Assembly (NCBI GenBank): GCA_018645275.1
Contig: JABGOW010000245.1
Coordinates: 1-42,553 of the forward strand
Reading direction: 5' to 3'
Source of the DNA: Verrucomicrobiota bacterium
GTDB taxonomy: Bacteria > Verrucomicrobiota > Kiritimatiellia > UBA8416
Length of the DNA: 42,553 nt
Shown here: piece after piece, positions 1 through 9,072 of the stretch
How the letters are laid out: the number at the start of each line of letters is the position of its first letter
Numbering within the stretch: position 1 is the stretch's first letter
Notes under the pieces: model-generated
Seen by the model: the letters and a program-made list of their open reading frames with translations, nothing else
Databases searched by the model: none
Told to the model about the DNA's origin: nothing
Position numbers and translations under genes: made by a program

Positions 1-537
1 CCTCTTCTGTTTACGCGATGTCTGCACGGGAACCGACGGCATGCCGGAGGGACGCGCCCCGGTCAGGTGTTCCTGAACCGTTCCAATGGCATAGCGCACA
101 CCATCCGAAAAACGCTGTTCACGGAAATAGGGCTGCATGGCACGAATGATGTCGCCACAGCGCGCGTCGGTCAGCCGCCCTTCAAGCCCGTAGCCGACTT
201 CAAAGCGTAGCTTACGATCATCGCGTGCGATCAACAACAGGAGCCCGTTGTCCACATCCTTCTTGCCCAGCTGCCACGCTTCCACAACACGTATGCTGAA
301 CAGTTCAAGCGCATCTCCCTTCAGGGAGGGTACGGTGAGCACTGCCATCTGCGAGCCCTGCTTCGCCAATTTGAGGTGTTGAAGCATGGTGGAAATCTGT
401 TGCTCTTCGGCAGGCGAAAATAGCTTTGCCTTGTCAACAACCCAACCCGTATGTCGGGGAACCGACAGTTCTGCCACTCCAGAACCAACAGCAAGTAGCA
501 GGGAGAAAAGGGCCAGTAGAGGAATGGTTCTACGCAT
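1..537 (-). CDS. TPM-domain protein (YgcG-like, signal peptide); 3' end runs off the window
   Basis: The minus-strand frame is open from ATG (537-535) to the window edge. It is absent from the ORF track because no stop lies inside the window. My translation starts MRRTIPLLALFSLLLAVGSGVAELSVPRHTGWVVDKAKLFSPAEEQQISTMLQHLKLAK, a signal peptide followed by a TPM/TLP18.3-like N-terminus. The start overlaps the stop of the upstream TPM gene by 8 nt. Confidence 0.7.
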   Translation of the reverse strand, partial: MRRTIPLLALFSLLLAVGSGVAELSVPRHTGWVVDKAKLFSPAEEQQISTMLQHLKLAKQGSQMAVLTVPSLKGDALELFSIRVVEAWQLGKKDVDNGLLLLIARDDRKLRFEVGYGLEGRLTDARCGDIIRAMQPYFREQRFSDGVRYAIGTVQEHLTGARPSGMPSVPVQTSRKQKR

Positions 538-958
538 AGCTGATCTCATCGGTTAGCTCGTTCACATCGTCAGACTGGTACGGAAAGTATGCCTGTAACG
601 CTTTCCCCGCCATGCGAATGCCCTCGCAAAGGCCATCAGGGATACGGCCCTCACGGAAACAGTCCGTCACGGCTGTCACAATCGACTCCCAGAAATCCGG
701 AGGCGTTGCATCATCAATGCCCTTGTCCCCCAACACCGCCAGCTTCTGATCCCGTGTGGAAACAAAGAAGAGGACGCCGTTGCGTTTTTCAGTCTGCGTC
801 ATCTTCAGGCGTTCGAACCGCTTCTTGGCAGCCTCCATGGGGTCCCCCTTGCAGCGGGGTTGAAGGTGGACGCGAATCTCGCCGGAGGTATTTGTCTCCG
901 CCTCGCGGATCGCCTCCAGAACACGCTGCTCATCCGATTTCGTCAGAAAACGCGCCAT
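530..958 (-). CDS. TPM-domain protein (TLP18.3/Psb32/MOLO-1 phosphatase-like fold), cytoplasmic type
   Basis: The 142-aa ORF reads MARFLTKSDEQRVLEAIREAETNTSGEIRVHL...NGVLFFVSTRDQKLAVLGDKGI, typical of the small TPM proteins that follow LemA. Its ATG overlaps the LemA stop by 1 nt (TAATG). Confidence 0.8.
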   Translation of the reverse strand: MARFLTKSDEQRVLEAIREAETNTSGEIRVHLQPRCKGDPMEAAKKRFERLKMTQTEKRNGVLFFVSTRDQKLAVLGDKGIDDATPPDFWESIVTAVTDCFREGRIPDGLCEGIRMAGKALQAYFPYQSDDVNELTDEISYA

Positions 959-1524
959 TAGAATTTCACCTCTGGGACCGTATCCACATTCAGGTTTGCG
1001 GGAGGCTCATAGTATTCCGCCTTGGTGAGCTCCAGCCCATCGGCGAAGAGACTTCCCGGAAACTTGCGAATCGCTGCATTGAACGACTTGACGCTCTTGT
1101 TGTAACGCGTGCGTGCTACCGCAATTCGGTTTTCGGTTCCTGTGAGCTCATCCTGCAGCCGCACGAAACTCGTGTCTGCCTTGAGTTGTGGATAGTTCTC
1201 GGAAATCGCCATGAGTCGACCGAGCGCGCCGCTGAGCAATCCGGAAGCCGATGCCTTTGAGGCCGGTGTTCTTGCCGCCAGAAGTTTAGACCGCGCATCG
1301 GCAACAGCGATAAAGACCTCTTTCTCATGTGCGGCATAGCCCTTTACCGTCGACACCAGATTGGGAACCAAGTCTGCCCGGCGCTGAAGCTGTGTATCTA
1401 TTTGGCTCCACGCTTCACTGACCGACTCATCCTGCTCGATCAACCCATTCTTGACCATAATTGGAAACATGGCCGCTACCGCCACCAGAACCAACAACAC
1501 CAGAATCAAACCTACCCATTTCAT
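958..1524 (-). CDS. LemA family protein
   Basis: The internal start MKWVGLILVLLVLVAVAAMFPIMVKNGLIEQDESVSEAWSQIDTQLQRRADLVPNLV gives an N-terminal TM helix plus the LemA signature. GGAG lies 7-10 nt upstream of the ATG at 1524. The ORF-track extension to 1833 reads through a repeat element and is rejected. Confidence 0.9.
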   Translation of the reverse strand: MKWVGLILVLLVLVAVAAMFPIMVKNGLIEQDESVSEAWSQIDTQLQRRADLVPNLVSTVKGYAAHEKEVFIAVADARSKLLAARTPASKASASGLLSGALGRLMAISENYPQLKADTSFVRLQDELTGTENRIAVARTRYNKSVKSFNAAIRKFPGSLFADGLELTKAEYYEPPANLNVDTVPEVKF

Positions 1525-1633
1525 TGTACGAATCTCCCCGTTGCGAATTTCAAAGACACTGTCCAAGGGGCGAGATACTAGCAAACACCTCAAGCGAATC
1601 CAAGCCGATGGACGCACATGAATCGATAGCAGA

Positions 1634-1785
1634 GGAGATCCCTCGGCAAGCTCGGGATGACAGCAAGACGCGGTGCACGGAATAGAGAGTGACCGCGGAT
1701 GGGCATGGATACACATGCCCTGCTGCTCCGCCCGCAAAGCCCCAGAGAATCCGTGCCCATCGGTGCAATCAGCGGTCAGACAGTG
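1634..1785 (-). repeat. Composite intergenic repeat (R1 unit plus linker plus one R2 arm), reverse orientation
   Basis: The reverse complement reads cactgtctgaccgctgattgcaccgatgggcacggattctctgggg...catgcccatccgcggtcactctctattccgtgcaccgcgtcttgctgtcatcccgagcttgccgagggatctc. This aligns with 33839-33957 (R1) and with 31670-31746 (linker plus R2). Confidence 0.85.
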
Positions 1786-1949
1786 CTGTGCCAGAGCACG
1801 GGGGGACGCATCTGAAGATCCAATATTCAACACTCAAATCCAATATCTAGATGCGTTTGTCCTGCGTAAACGGAGCGTCCATCCTTGACCGGTGTGAGCG
1901 GTTCCACCTAGGATGCACCGCATCTGCGAATTCACGGAAGGGCGTACGC

Positions 1950-3059
1950 ATGCGTGTTCTTGGGCTTGAACCTTACTATGGGGGCAGTCACCAAGCCTTT
2001 CTCGATGGCTGGATGCGGCATAGCGCCCACGCGTGGGAACTGATGACGCTCTCGGGCACCAACTGGCGCTGGCGTATGCGGCATGCGCCTGTCACATTCT
2101 CACAGCGTGTCCGAGCCCGGCTGGCGGAGGGTGCAACATGGGATGTGCTCTTTTGTTCAGATATGCTCGATCTGGCGACCTTTGTTGGATTGGTTCCGGA
2201 GATTGCAGAACTTCCGAGCGTTGTCTTCTTTCACGAGAACCAGCTCAGCTACCCAATAGAGGATGCCACGGCAAGGGATTATCACTGTGCATTCACGAAC
2301 TTCACGACCTGCCTGGCTGCCGATAGCGTCTGGTTTAATTCGGCCTTCCACCAAGGAGAGTTTCTGGACTCTCTGCGCGGCTTCCTCAGACGCATGCCGA
2401 ACTACCGACACTTGGATCAGCCTGATGCGATCTTGTCTAAATCGCAGGTGCAGGCTCTGGGCATTGCTCCTCTACCCCGCTCGGGCGATGGCCGCCGACA
2501 GGGTCCCATGCGCATCGTATGGGCGGCCCGCTGGGAGTATGACAAACGGCCGGATCTCTTTTTCGAAGCACTAGACTTGCTCATGGAGCAACGGGTCGCT
2601 TTTGAGGTATATGTGCTTGGCGGACGTGATAGCGAGAATGCGGGGAAGCTCTTCGCAGATGCCCGTGGCCGTCTGGGGGAGCGCGTGGGAGCGTGGGGCT
2701 ATGTCGACTCTGCCGAGGAGTACGTTCGGATTCTCACGGAGGCTGATGTTGTCGTCTCCACGGCAGATCATGAGTTCTTTGGCTTGAGCATCGTTGAAGC
2801 CGTTGCAGCAGGGGCTTATCCGGTGGTTCCGAACCGGCTTGCCTATCCCGAGGTGTTGCGCGAGCTACGGCATCTGCCTCATGCATTCCACGATGGCACC
2901 GCCACTGCCATCACCAGCGCGCTCTCTGCCATTGCAGCAGACTTGGAGACTGGCACGCTGTGGGGCCATGATCGACAAACGGGACTCAAGGCCGTCGAGC
3001 CCTACTTGTGGGATAGGCGAGCCCCCGCCCTTGATACGGCTCTGAATGACGTCATGTGA
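1950..3059 (+). CDS. DUF3524-type family 4 glycosyltransferase (GTDC1/QTMAN-like)
   Basis: The start MRVLGLEPYYGGSHQAFLDGW has GGAAGG upstream. The N-domain contains FFHENQLSYP. The C-terminal half is GT1/GT4-like (EFFGLSIVEAVAAGAYPVVPNRLAYPE). Confidence 0.8.
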   Translation: MRVLGLEPYYGGSHQAFLDGWMRHSAHAWELMTLSGTNWRWRMRHAPVTFSQRVRARLAEGATWDVLFCSDMLDLATFVGLVPEIAELPSVVFFHENQLSYPIEDATARDYHCAFTNFTTCLAADSVWFNSAFHQGEFLDSLRGFLRRMPNYRHLDQPDAILSKSQVQALGIAPLPRSGDGRRQGPMRIVWAARWEYDKRPDLFFEALDLLMEQRVAFEVYVLGGRDSENAGKLFADARGRLGERVGAWGYVDSAEEYVRILTEADVVVSTADHEFFGLSIVEAVAAGAYPVVPNRLAYPEVLRELRHLPHAFHDGTATAITSALSAIAADLETGTLWGHDRQTGLKAVEPYLWDRRAPALDTALNDVM

Positions 3060-4386
3060 CTGCGCCCGCCACCTCAAGACCCAGCGCTCGATATTTCAGC
3101 CATAGTGTCTGCAAAATGGCTGCTATTGAGGAGGCCGTCATGAACACCATGATTCCTGCAGCACCTCCCCATTTGATGCCAATCATCAGAAGTCCAAAGC
3201 ACACGGCGAAGAAGATGAGGATGGCTTCGGTGATGGCCCGCGTCTGTCGAGCATAGACGAGCTGCCCCTGGTACCAGTTCTGCAGAACCGTTGCGCCAGG
3301 CAACACACATCCGAAAAAGAGCGCCGTGACGCCAAGCTGGGCGTGGGAGGGAGAGAGGTTTTGAACTGCTGTGAACCATCCCAAGCCAAGTGGGGTTAGA
3401 ACCACCAATGCAAAGGCCGCTGTAACGAAGAGGCTAAGCCGACGTGAGAACTGCCCCACGGCACTCCGCGAGTCAGGGCGCTCGAGCATGGCAATAACGA
3501 CTTCATTCAGCGACAGCCCCGAGCACCGAAAGAGGAACATCAGCCCCACGACCGAAGGCCAGGCAGCGAGAGAGTCAAGGGCACGGGGCATCCGAGCCAC
3601 CGCCGCCGTCCCAATCGGATTCACGAGGAGCACAACCAGGGAGGTCAACGCCAGCGGAATATAGAAAGCAAGGAATGCTCTGAGCCCAACATCGGCATCG
3701 GGAAGGCCGGAATCGGCGGTGCACAAGGCTCCGTTGATGATAGGTCTTGTGGCAATATGGGAGAATAGAGCTTCTGCCGTGACACCCGCCGCAATCGCAG
3801 CTGTCCCCACAATGATCCCCGGCCCTTTCCATATGAAATAGCCAAACGACAAGACCGATAGATTGGTTATCAGCCGGACGGCGGAACCGAAACCGACCAA
3901 CCGTGAATGACCGAAGCGAATCTGAATGCCCTGCATGAAACGGCGATAGGCAATGGTCCAAGTCCATGGGGTCATGATGCGCATGCCCACTCGGGCTGGC
4001 TCCACGATCTCGGGCGGAGCATGCAACACACGGTTGACGATGAAATCAAACAGAGGCGTGAATGCAATCAACACATGGAGCAGCGTCAACGCGCCCCCCA
4101 TCACCATCATGTAGCGCCACAAGGCCCGGTAGGAAGCGCGGTTTCTGCAGAGTGCGGTTGACGCAGAGAGCAGCATAATCACCGGGGCTTCTATGATCAG
4201 AGCCAGCGGAAAGACAACGCCACCATAGGCTGCCAGATGAATCCTCGGATCGGCAAGACGAGCCACCACGGCCCCCAACGCCGGAAGCTCCGCCGCCATG
4301 AGCATCCAGCTCAGAGCCAGCGGAAGCCAAGACCATAGAACATCGCGTTGGCGCACGACGGCGGCTCGATCGCAGGATTCTCTCAC
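3052..4386 (-). CDS. Polytopic membrane protein, MATE/MOP-superfamily-like
   Basis: The ORF is 444 aa with about 12 hydrophobic segments. Its size and N-terminal pattern (LPLALSWMLMAAELPALGAVVARL) resemble MATE transporters. The GTG start overlaps the upstream M14 stop (GTGA). Confidence 0.55.
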   Translation of the reverse strand: MRESCDRAAVVRQRDVLWSWLPLALSWMLMAAELPALGAVVARLADPRIHLAAYGGVVFPLALIIEAPVIMLLSASTALCRNRASYRALWRYMMVMGGALTLLHVLIAFTPLFDFIVNRVLHAPPEIVEPARVGMRIMTPWTWTIAYRRFMQGIQIRFGHSRLVGFGSAVRLITNLSVLSFGYFIWKGPGIIVGTAAIAAGVTAEALFSHIATRPIINGALCTADSGLPDADVGLRAFLAFYIPLALTSLVVLLVNPIGTAAVARMPRALDSLAAWPSVVGLMFLFRCSGLSLNEVVIAMLERPDSRSAVGQFSRRLSLFVTAAFALVVLTPLGLGWFTAVQNLSPSHAQLGVTALFFGCVLPGATVLQNWYQGQLVYARQTRAITEAILIFFAVCFGLLMIGIKWGGAAGIMVFMTASSIAAILQTLWLKYRALGLEVAGAVT

Positions 4387-5615
4387 GCCCTGGCGCCCTT
4401 CTCCAGCACGCGCTGGACAACGGCACGGGCAATGCGGCGACCGGCTTCACGATACTGCTTGGGCGTCATCACCGTCTTTCCGCAAAGCGCATAGGGTGCA
4501 ACAAGCGTCAGGGCGCTGATGCCAAGCGATTGCCTCGCATAGGCATCAAGCGGAAGGCCAAACGGGACTGTTGCCACCTCTCGTGTGCGCTTGAAGTCTT
4601 CGGCAGCATACTCATCGCCAAGTGCTTTGCTCAGCACATTAGCCCACTTCTCGGCATCGCGAGCAAGGGGATCTGCCCCATCGCCCCCCGGAAGAAGCGC
4701 ATAGATTCCCTCATGCTCGGACCCGCCGCCAGCCTCCAGATTCAGCACCAGAGCGGCCGCGGTGCGTATCTGCCATTCGGCTATATCCGTTTGGATGGCA
4801 CGGGTCTCATAGCGGAGAGGAGGGGTTCCCCATGTCTGATCGAGATCGTTTGGGCCTCCCCTGCCATAGCGCCCACGTTCAAGACCGCCGACATCCGCCA
4901 GCGGGACGGTCCATACCGCCACCCGACTCTCGTGCGTACGCGAGAAATGCTGAAGCATACCATCCAGCAACCAGGATCCAGGCGTTTCGCCGGCATGTTG
5001 CCGGGCGACGAGGTAGATCCCGGGATGAGAGGTATCGCGATCGACAGTGCTGCTGACACGCAGGATGCGTCGCCCTTCCTGGCTTAGACCAATGGTTCCC
5101 ATTGTCCAGTAGTGCTTTGACTTCCGTACGAGGGTTCTCACTTCATCCAAACCGTATGGATAGCACAGCGCAAATTCTGTGGCCGGCGCAGGATAGGCAA
5201 TGGTCCAGGATACGGAAGTCTGGCCATCGGCGTCGGTTGAGAGCCTCCCTGACCGCGTCCGGTTCCAACTCTGCCCCTCTCCACGATAGACGGGGTGGAG
5301 GGCGGAGGGGGAATCGCAGCCCGTCATGTTGCGCACAAACTTCAGTGTCAGCGTGATGGTATCAGGATGCGGGGCATCGGGATCAGATTCCAGTACCCGA
5401 AAATCGAACCAGAGCGCTTCCGGAGCACCACAGGGATTGGCTGCAAAGAAAACCTCTGCCTCATTATTCTCTTCGACAATACGCACGGCAGCAACATTGC
5501 CACCGCGATAACGGGCATCGACACGTAGACTCATGCGGGTGAGCATACCAGACCGCGGGGCGCGTTCAAGAAGTGATGCGGGAGGACTTGCCTCCGTTTC
5601 TTCTCCGTTGTGCAT
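4383..5615 (-). CDS. M14-family zinc carboxypeptidase-like protein (cytosolic carboxypeptidase-like, with N-terminal beta domain)
   Basis: The 410-aa ORF has an HxxE zinc motif in context (YLVARQHAGETPGSWLLDGML) and a conserved downstream VWTVPLADVGG...PNDLDQTW. The start is uncertain; alternative Met codons lie 23 and 27 codons in. Confidence 0.65.
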   Translation of the reverse strand: MHNGEETEASPPASLLERAPRSGMLTRMSLRVDARYRGGNVAAVRIVEENNEAEVFFAANPCGAPEALWFDFRVLESDPDAPHPDTITLTLKFVRNMTGCDSPSALHPVYRGEGQSWNRTRSGRLSTDADGQTSVSWTIAYPAPATEFALCYPYGLDEVRTLVRKSKHYWTMGTIGLSQEGRRILRVSSTVDRDTSHPGIYLVARQHAGETPGSWLLDGMLQHFSRTHESRVAVWTVPLADVGGLERGRYGRGGPNDLDQTWGTPPLRYETRAIQTDIAEWQIRTAAALVLNLEAGGGSEHEGIYALLPGGDGADPLARDAEKWANVLSKALGDEYAAEDFKRTREVATVPFGLPLDAYARQSLGISALTLVAPYALCGKTVMTPKQYREAGRRIARAVVQRVLEKGARA

Positions 5616-5619
5616 CTAG

Positions 5620-5687
5620 AGATCCTTCGCAAGCTCAGGATGACCGTTTCCTAAGGTTCTTTGTCATCCTGAGCTTGCGAAGGATCT
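5620..5687. repeat. R2 inverted-repeat element (perfect 25-bp arms, 18-nt spacer)
   Basis: The arm agatccttcgcaagctcaggatgac (5620-5644) is the exact reverse complement of gtcatcctgagcttgcgaaggatct (5663-5687). The same motif recurs at 1634-1663, 25302-25406, 27611-27685 and 31720-31792. Confidence 0.9.
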
Positions 5688-5894
5688 TTAGCCGGTAGTA
5701 CGTGCCTTTGCTACCATTTCACGTCCTGAATCATGATTGTGCCTTGTTTGCAGACATTCTCTGAATGCCAAAGCTCAAGAATGGGGATAATCCACGTGAT
5801 GTAGGAGGATACCCGTCAGGTTTTGACCTGAGCGGATTTGGGATGATAATCTACAGCCTCATGTGTAGGGGCCATAAACGGAGATAAGAGACAA

Positions 5895-6965
5895 ATGCAG
5901 AAACACGCCTGGGTCTTTGTTGGAACCGAGACGACTGAGAGCAGTGAGGGTATCTATGCGGCCCGGCTCAATCAAGACAGTGGCGAGCTCGGCTCCCCTA
6001 TGCTGGTGGCGGCCACGGATGGGCCCACCTTTCTGGCAACGGATCCGGAACAGCAGTTTCTCTTCTGCACAGGAAAACCTCCACAACCGGGAGTGCCCTT
6101 CAACACAGTCTCCGCCTACACAATTGACCGTGTACACGGCACTCTCGCCCCGATCAACAGCCAACAGGTCCCCGAGATGGCCTGCTGCCACATCAGTACG
6201 TCGCTTGGGGGGCGCGTTTTGTTCGCTGTGGACTACAGCAACGCGAAAGCTGCCACGTTCCCGGTAGGTCAGGACGGCCGCATCGAACCACCTACCGATC
6301 TCCTTATCTATGATACGGCAACCCAAGCGGTCCCTGATCGACAGCAGGCCCCGCACGTGCATTCCATCAACCCCGACGTCTCAAACCGTTACGTGTTGGT
6401 CTGTGACTTCAGCGCAGACGCCATTAAGACCTATGAACTGAATGCCGGAACAAAGGTGCTGACGTTCGTGAGCGCAACGCCAACAGCCACGGGAGCCGGA
6501 CCACGACATCTGACCTGCCATCCTAATGGGAAATGGGTCTATGCAATCCACGAGCTCAACGGCACGGTGGCCCTTCTCGATTTCGACAACACCACCGGCT
6601 CTCTGGAAACGAGACAGACGATATCCTCGCTTCCCGAGGGCTTTGCGGCTCAAAACACAACCGCAGAGATTGCACTCTCACCAGACCTGCGTTTTCTTTA
6701 TGGTTCGAACCGGGGACACGACAGCTTAGCCTACTACGAAGTAGATCCCGAGACAGGGTTGCTGTCGCGGCAGGGCATCGTCTCAACAGAGGGGACACAT
6801 CCGCGGAATTTCTCCATTACACCGACGGGCCACCACCTTTTGGTTTCAAATCGGGACAGTGACAATGTGGTCGTCTTCCGGTTGGACAGAGAAACAGGAA
6901 AACCGGAGTACACAGGTCACCAGCTTGAGATCTCGAGGCCGATGTGTCTACAGATCATGAGGTAG
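5895..6965 (+). CDS. 7-bladed beta-propeller lactonase (6-phosphogluconolactonase YbhE/Pgl type)
   Basis: The 356-aa ORF contains ...GAGPRHLTCHPNGKWVYAIHELNGTVALLDFD...LSPDLRFLYGSNRGHDSLAYYEVD...HPRNFSITPTGHHLLVSNRDSDNVVVF, typical repeated lactonase blades. Confidence 0.8.
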   Translation: MQKHAWVFVGTETTESSEGIYAARLNQDSGELGSPMLVAATDGPTFLATDPEQQFLFCTGKPPQPGVPFNTVSAYTIDRVHGTLAPINSQQVPEMACCHISTSLGGRVLFAVDYSNAKAATFPVGQDGRIEPPTDLLIYDTATQAVPDRQQAPHVHSINPDVSNRYVLVCDFSADAIKTYELNAGTKVLTFVSATPTATGAGPRHLTCHPNGKWVYAIHELNGTVALLDFDNTTGSLETRQTISSLPEGFAAQNTTAEIALSPDLRFLYGSNRGHDSLAYYEVDPETGLLSRQGIVSTEGTHPRNFSITPTGHHLLVSNRDSDNVVVFRLDRETGKPEYTGHQLEISRPMCLQIMR

Positions 6966-8907
6966 GCTGCAAGACCTCGTGCAACACCACGCTAAGCTGT
7001 TGAATGCTGTAGGGTTTGGCAATGACCGCTTTGAATCCCTTTCGCTCCGGGTTCGACATCACACCCCCCGTTGCATAGCCGCTTGAGACAATTGCCTTAA
7101 CGTCGGAGTCCATCGCCATCAGAAGCCCGACGGTCTCTTCCCCCCCCATCCCTCCGGGCACGGTGATGTCGAGAATGACTGCATCGAATGGCTCGCCCTT
7201 CTCCATAGCCTCCCGGTAGGCCTCTACGGCCGTCTGACCATCTGGCACGCACTTCGAGGTATAGCCCAACCGGATCAATGCCGCCTCGATAATGTTGAGG
7301 ATGACCTGCTCATCATCCATGACCAAAATGCGGCCTTCACCGGGTATGGGCCGGTCCCCAGTCTTTGGCAAGTCGGGAAGCGGTTTGTCCGAAGCCGGGA
7401 TGCAAACGGTGAATAGGGAGCCGCGGTTCACCTTCGAGTCCACCGATATGGCTCCATCATGTTTTTTGATGATCGCGTATGATGTGGCCAGCCCGAGACC
7501 CGAGCCCCCCTTCTTGGTCGTGAAGTACGGGTCAAATATGCGTGGCAGTACGTCTGGATCAATCCCAAGGCCCTGATCCTGAACGCTAATCTTGAGGTAA
7601 CGCCCCGGGGCAAGCCCGGGGCACCCCTCTTCGGAGGTCTCGCCAAGCTCAATGTTCCGAGCCATCAGTCGGATGGTTCCGCTTTCCGGCATCGCCTGCG
7701 AAGCATTGATCACAATATTCTCCATGACCTGGCTGATCTGTCCCGCATCAATTTCGGCCGGCCAGAGCGCTTCGTCAATATCGCATTGGCAGGTGGCGCT
7801 GGAGCCGCTGAGTACGAAGTTGGCCGTGTCTTTCAGCAGCTCTGCAACAGACTCAACCTTACGCACCGGTGCACCGCCCTTGGAGAATGTCAGAAGCTGC
7901 TGCGTTAGAAATCGCGCCCGGAATGCTGCTTTCTCGGCCTCACAGATAGACTCATATGCAGCCGCATCTTCAGGAGTATCCAGTTTGGCAAAGGATATGT
8001 TGCCAAGCACTCCGGTCAATATGTTGTTGAAGTCGTGGGCGATGCCCCCAGCAAGGATGCCAACGGATTCAAGCTTCTGGGCCTGTATCAGTTGTCGCTC
8101 CATCCGTACGCGTTCTGAAATGTCGCGCACATGCAGCAGCACGGCTTGTTGATCGCGTAACTCTAGTTTTTGCGCGCGAACTTCGACGGGGATCACCTCT
8201 CCACTCTTGGTGTAGCTGAACCCCTCGTCAGCGTGAAGCGTTTCATCTAACCAACCGGAAAAGGAGTCCTGAACCTGCTTGCGTTGGTCCGGCGGCACCA
8301 GATCAAGTACATTGCTGCCGATGAGCTCATCGTGCGTCATACCATGCAGTGCACAAGCGGCGGAGTTCGCCTCCAATACGGTTCCCTTGTCGTCCTCAAT
8401 AAAGATGGCATCGGGGGAGTGCTCGAAGAGGTTTCGCCAGTACTCCTCACTCGTGCGCAGCGCGCGCGTGCGATCCTCCAGTTCGGTTTCCAACGCTTCA
8501 CGCTGAGCACGCAACACATCTTCATTGTGCTTGAGGCGAAGGAGGCAGCGTACCTGAGCAATGAGTTCAGCCGTGTCGAACGGCTTGCAGAGATAGCCAT
8601 CAGCACCCGTATCGAGTCCCAATGCACGGTGATGCCCTTTCGTCATAAAGGCAGACACCATTAGTACTGGAATCGTTTCCGTTCTAGGGTCTGTTTTGAG
8701 GCGACGGCAGACCTCGAACCCATCGAGGTCAGGCATATGAACGTCTAGGAGCACAAGATCGGGAGCTTCTTGTGCGACCATCTCGAGTGCAGTCAGACCG
8801 TTGTCAGCTGTTCGGAGCTCACTCTCAGGCATGAAGGTCTCGATGACGCTCTTGAACGCCTCAACGTTGTCGCTCATGTCATCGACTATAAGGATCTTAT
8901 CCGCCAT
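6955..8907 (-). CDS. Hybrid sensor histidine kinase / response regulator (REC-PAS-HisKA-HATPase-REC)
   Basis: The start MADKILIVDDMSDN (ATG at 8907) has AGGAAG upstream. It has a REC domain with LLDVHMPDLDG, a PAS segment, the H-box GIAHDFNNILTGV, the G-boxes GSGLGL, and a C-terminal REC (ILVMDDE...ILDITVPGGMGG). Confidence 0.9.
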   Translation of the reverse strand: MADKILIVDDMSDNVEAFKSVIETFMPESELRTADNGLTALEMVAQEAPDLVLLDVHMPDLDGFEVCRRLKTDPRTETIPVLMVSAFMTKGHHRALGLDTGADGYLCKPFDTAELIAQVRCLLRLKHNEDVLRAQREALETELEDRTRALRTSEEYWRNLFEHSPDAIFIEDDKGTVLEANSAACALHGMTHDELIGSNVLDLVPPDQRKQVQDSFSGWLDETLHADEGFSYTKSGEVIPVEVRAQKLELRDQQAVLLHVRDISERVRMERQLIQAQKLESVGILAGGIAHDFNNILTGVLGNISFAKLDTPEDAAAYESICEAEKAAFRARFLTQQLLTFSKGGAPVRKVESVAELLKDTANFVLSGSSATCQCDIDEALWPAEIDAGQISQVMENIVINASQAMPESGTIRLMARNIELGETSEEGCPGLAPGRYLKISVQDQGLGIDPDVLPRIFDPYFTTKKGGSGLGLATSYAIIKKHDGAISVDSKVNRGSLFTVCIPASDKPLPDLPKTGDRPIPGEGRILVMDDEQVILNIIEAALIRLGYTSKCVPDGQTAVEAYREAMEKGEPFDAVILDITVPGGMGGEETVGLLMAMDSDVKAIVSSGYATGGVMSNPERKGFKAVIAKPYSIQQLSVVLHEVLQPTS

Positions 8908-9072
8908 CGTGCTTCCTGAGCTACCCCGGGTGCATGCAGGGAATCCGCCCCGCTTCTGTTTGCTGTCAGGAATGGTACGGCTATGACCGATTCTCTGCAA
9001 TGAGAAACTTGCCACATGGCGACGTAGCATCCAAGGGGACGGGTCGCCATCCACACTTCATCGTATACTTAG

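Noticed and set aside
589-1260. A 223-aa plus-strand ORF across the TPM and LemA genes. Similar long antisense or alternative-frame ORFs occur elsewhere, for example 5859-6362, 7652-8152, 29173-29778, 29917-30498, 37457-38071 and 41620-42069.
   Set aside because: All overlap well-supported genes on the other strand or frame. They are Arg/Pro/Ser/Gly-rich, as expected for out-of-frame GC-rich sequence.
1525-1833. N-terminal extension of LemA in the ORF track (291 aa). Analogous repeat-encoded ORFs are 31632-31871, 31689-31925, 31861-32109, 33785-34186 and 33845-34048.
   Set aside because: These frames are open only because they read through R1/R2 repeat copies, giving the recurring peptides LTADGTDGHGF, HPELAEGS and PIRAISG. 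LemA has a proper RBS and TM start at 1524.
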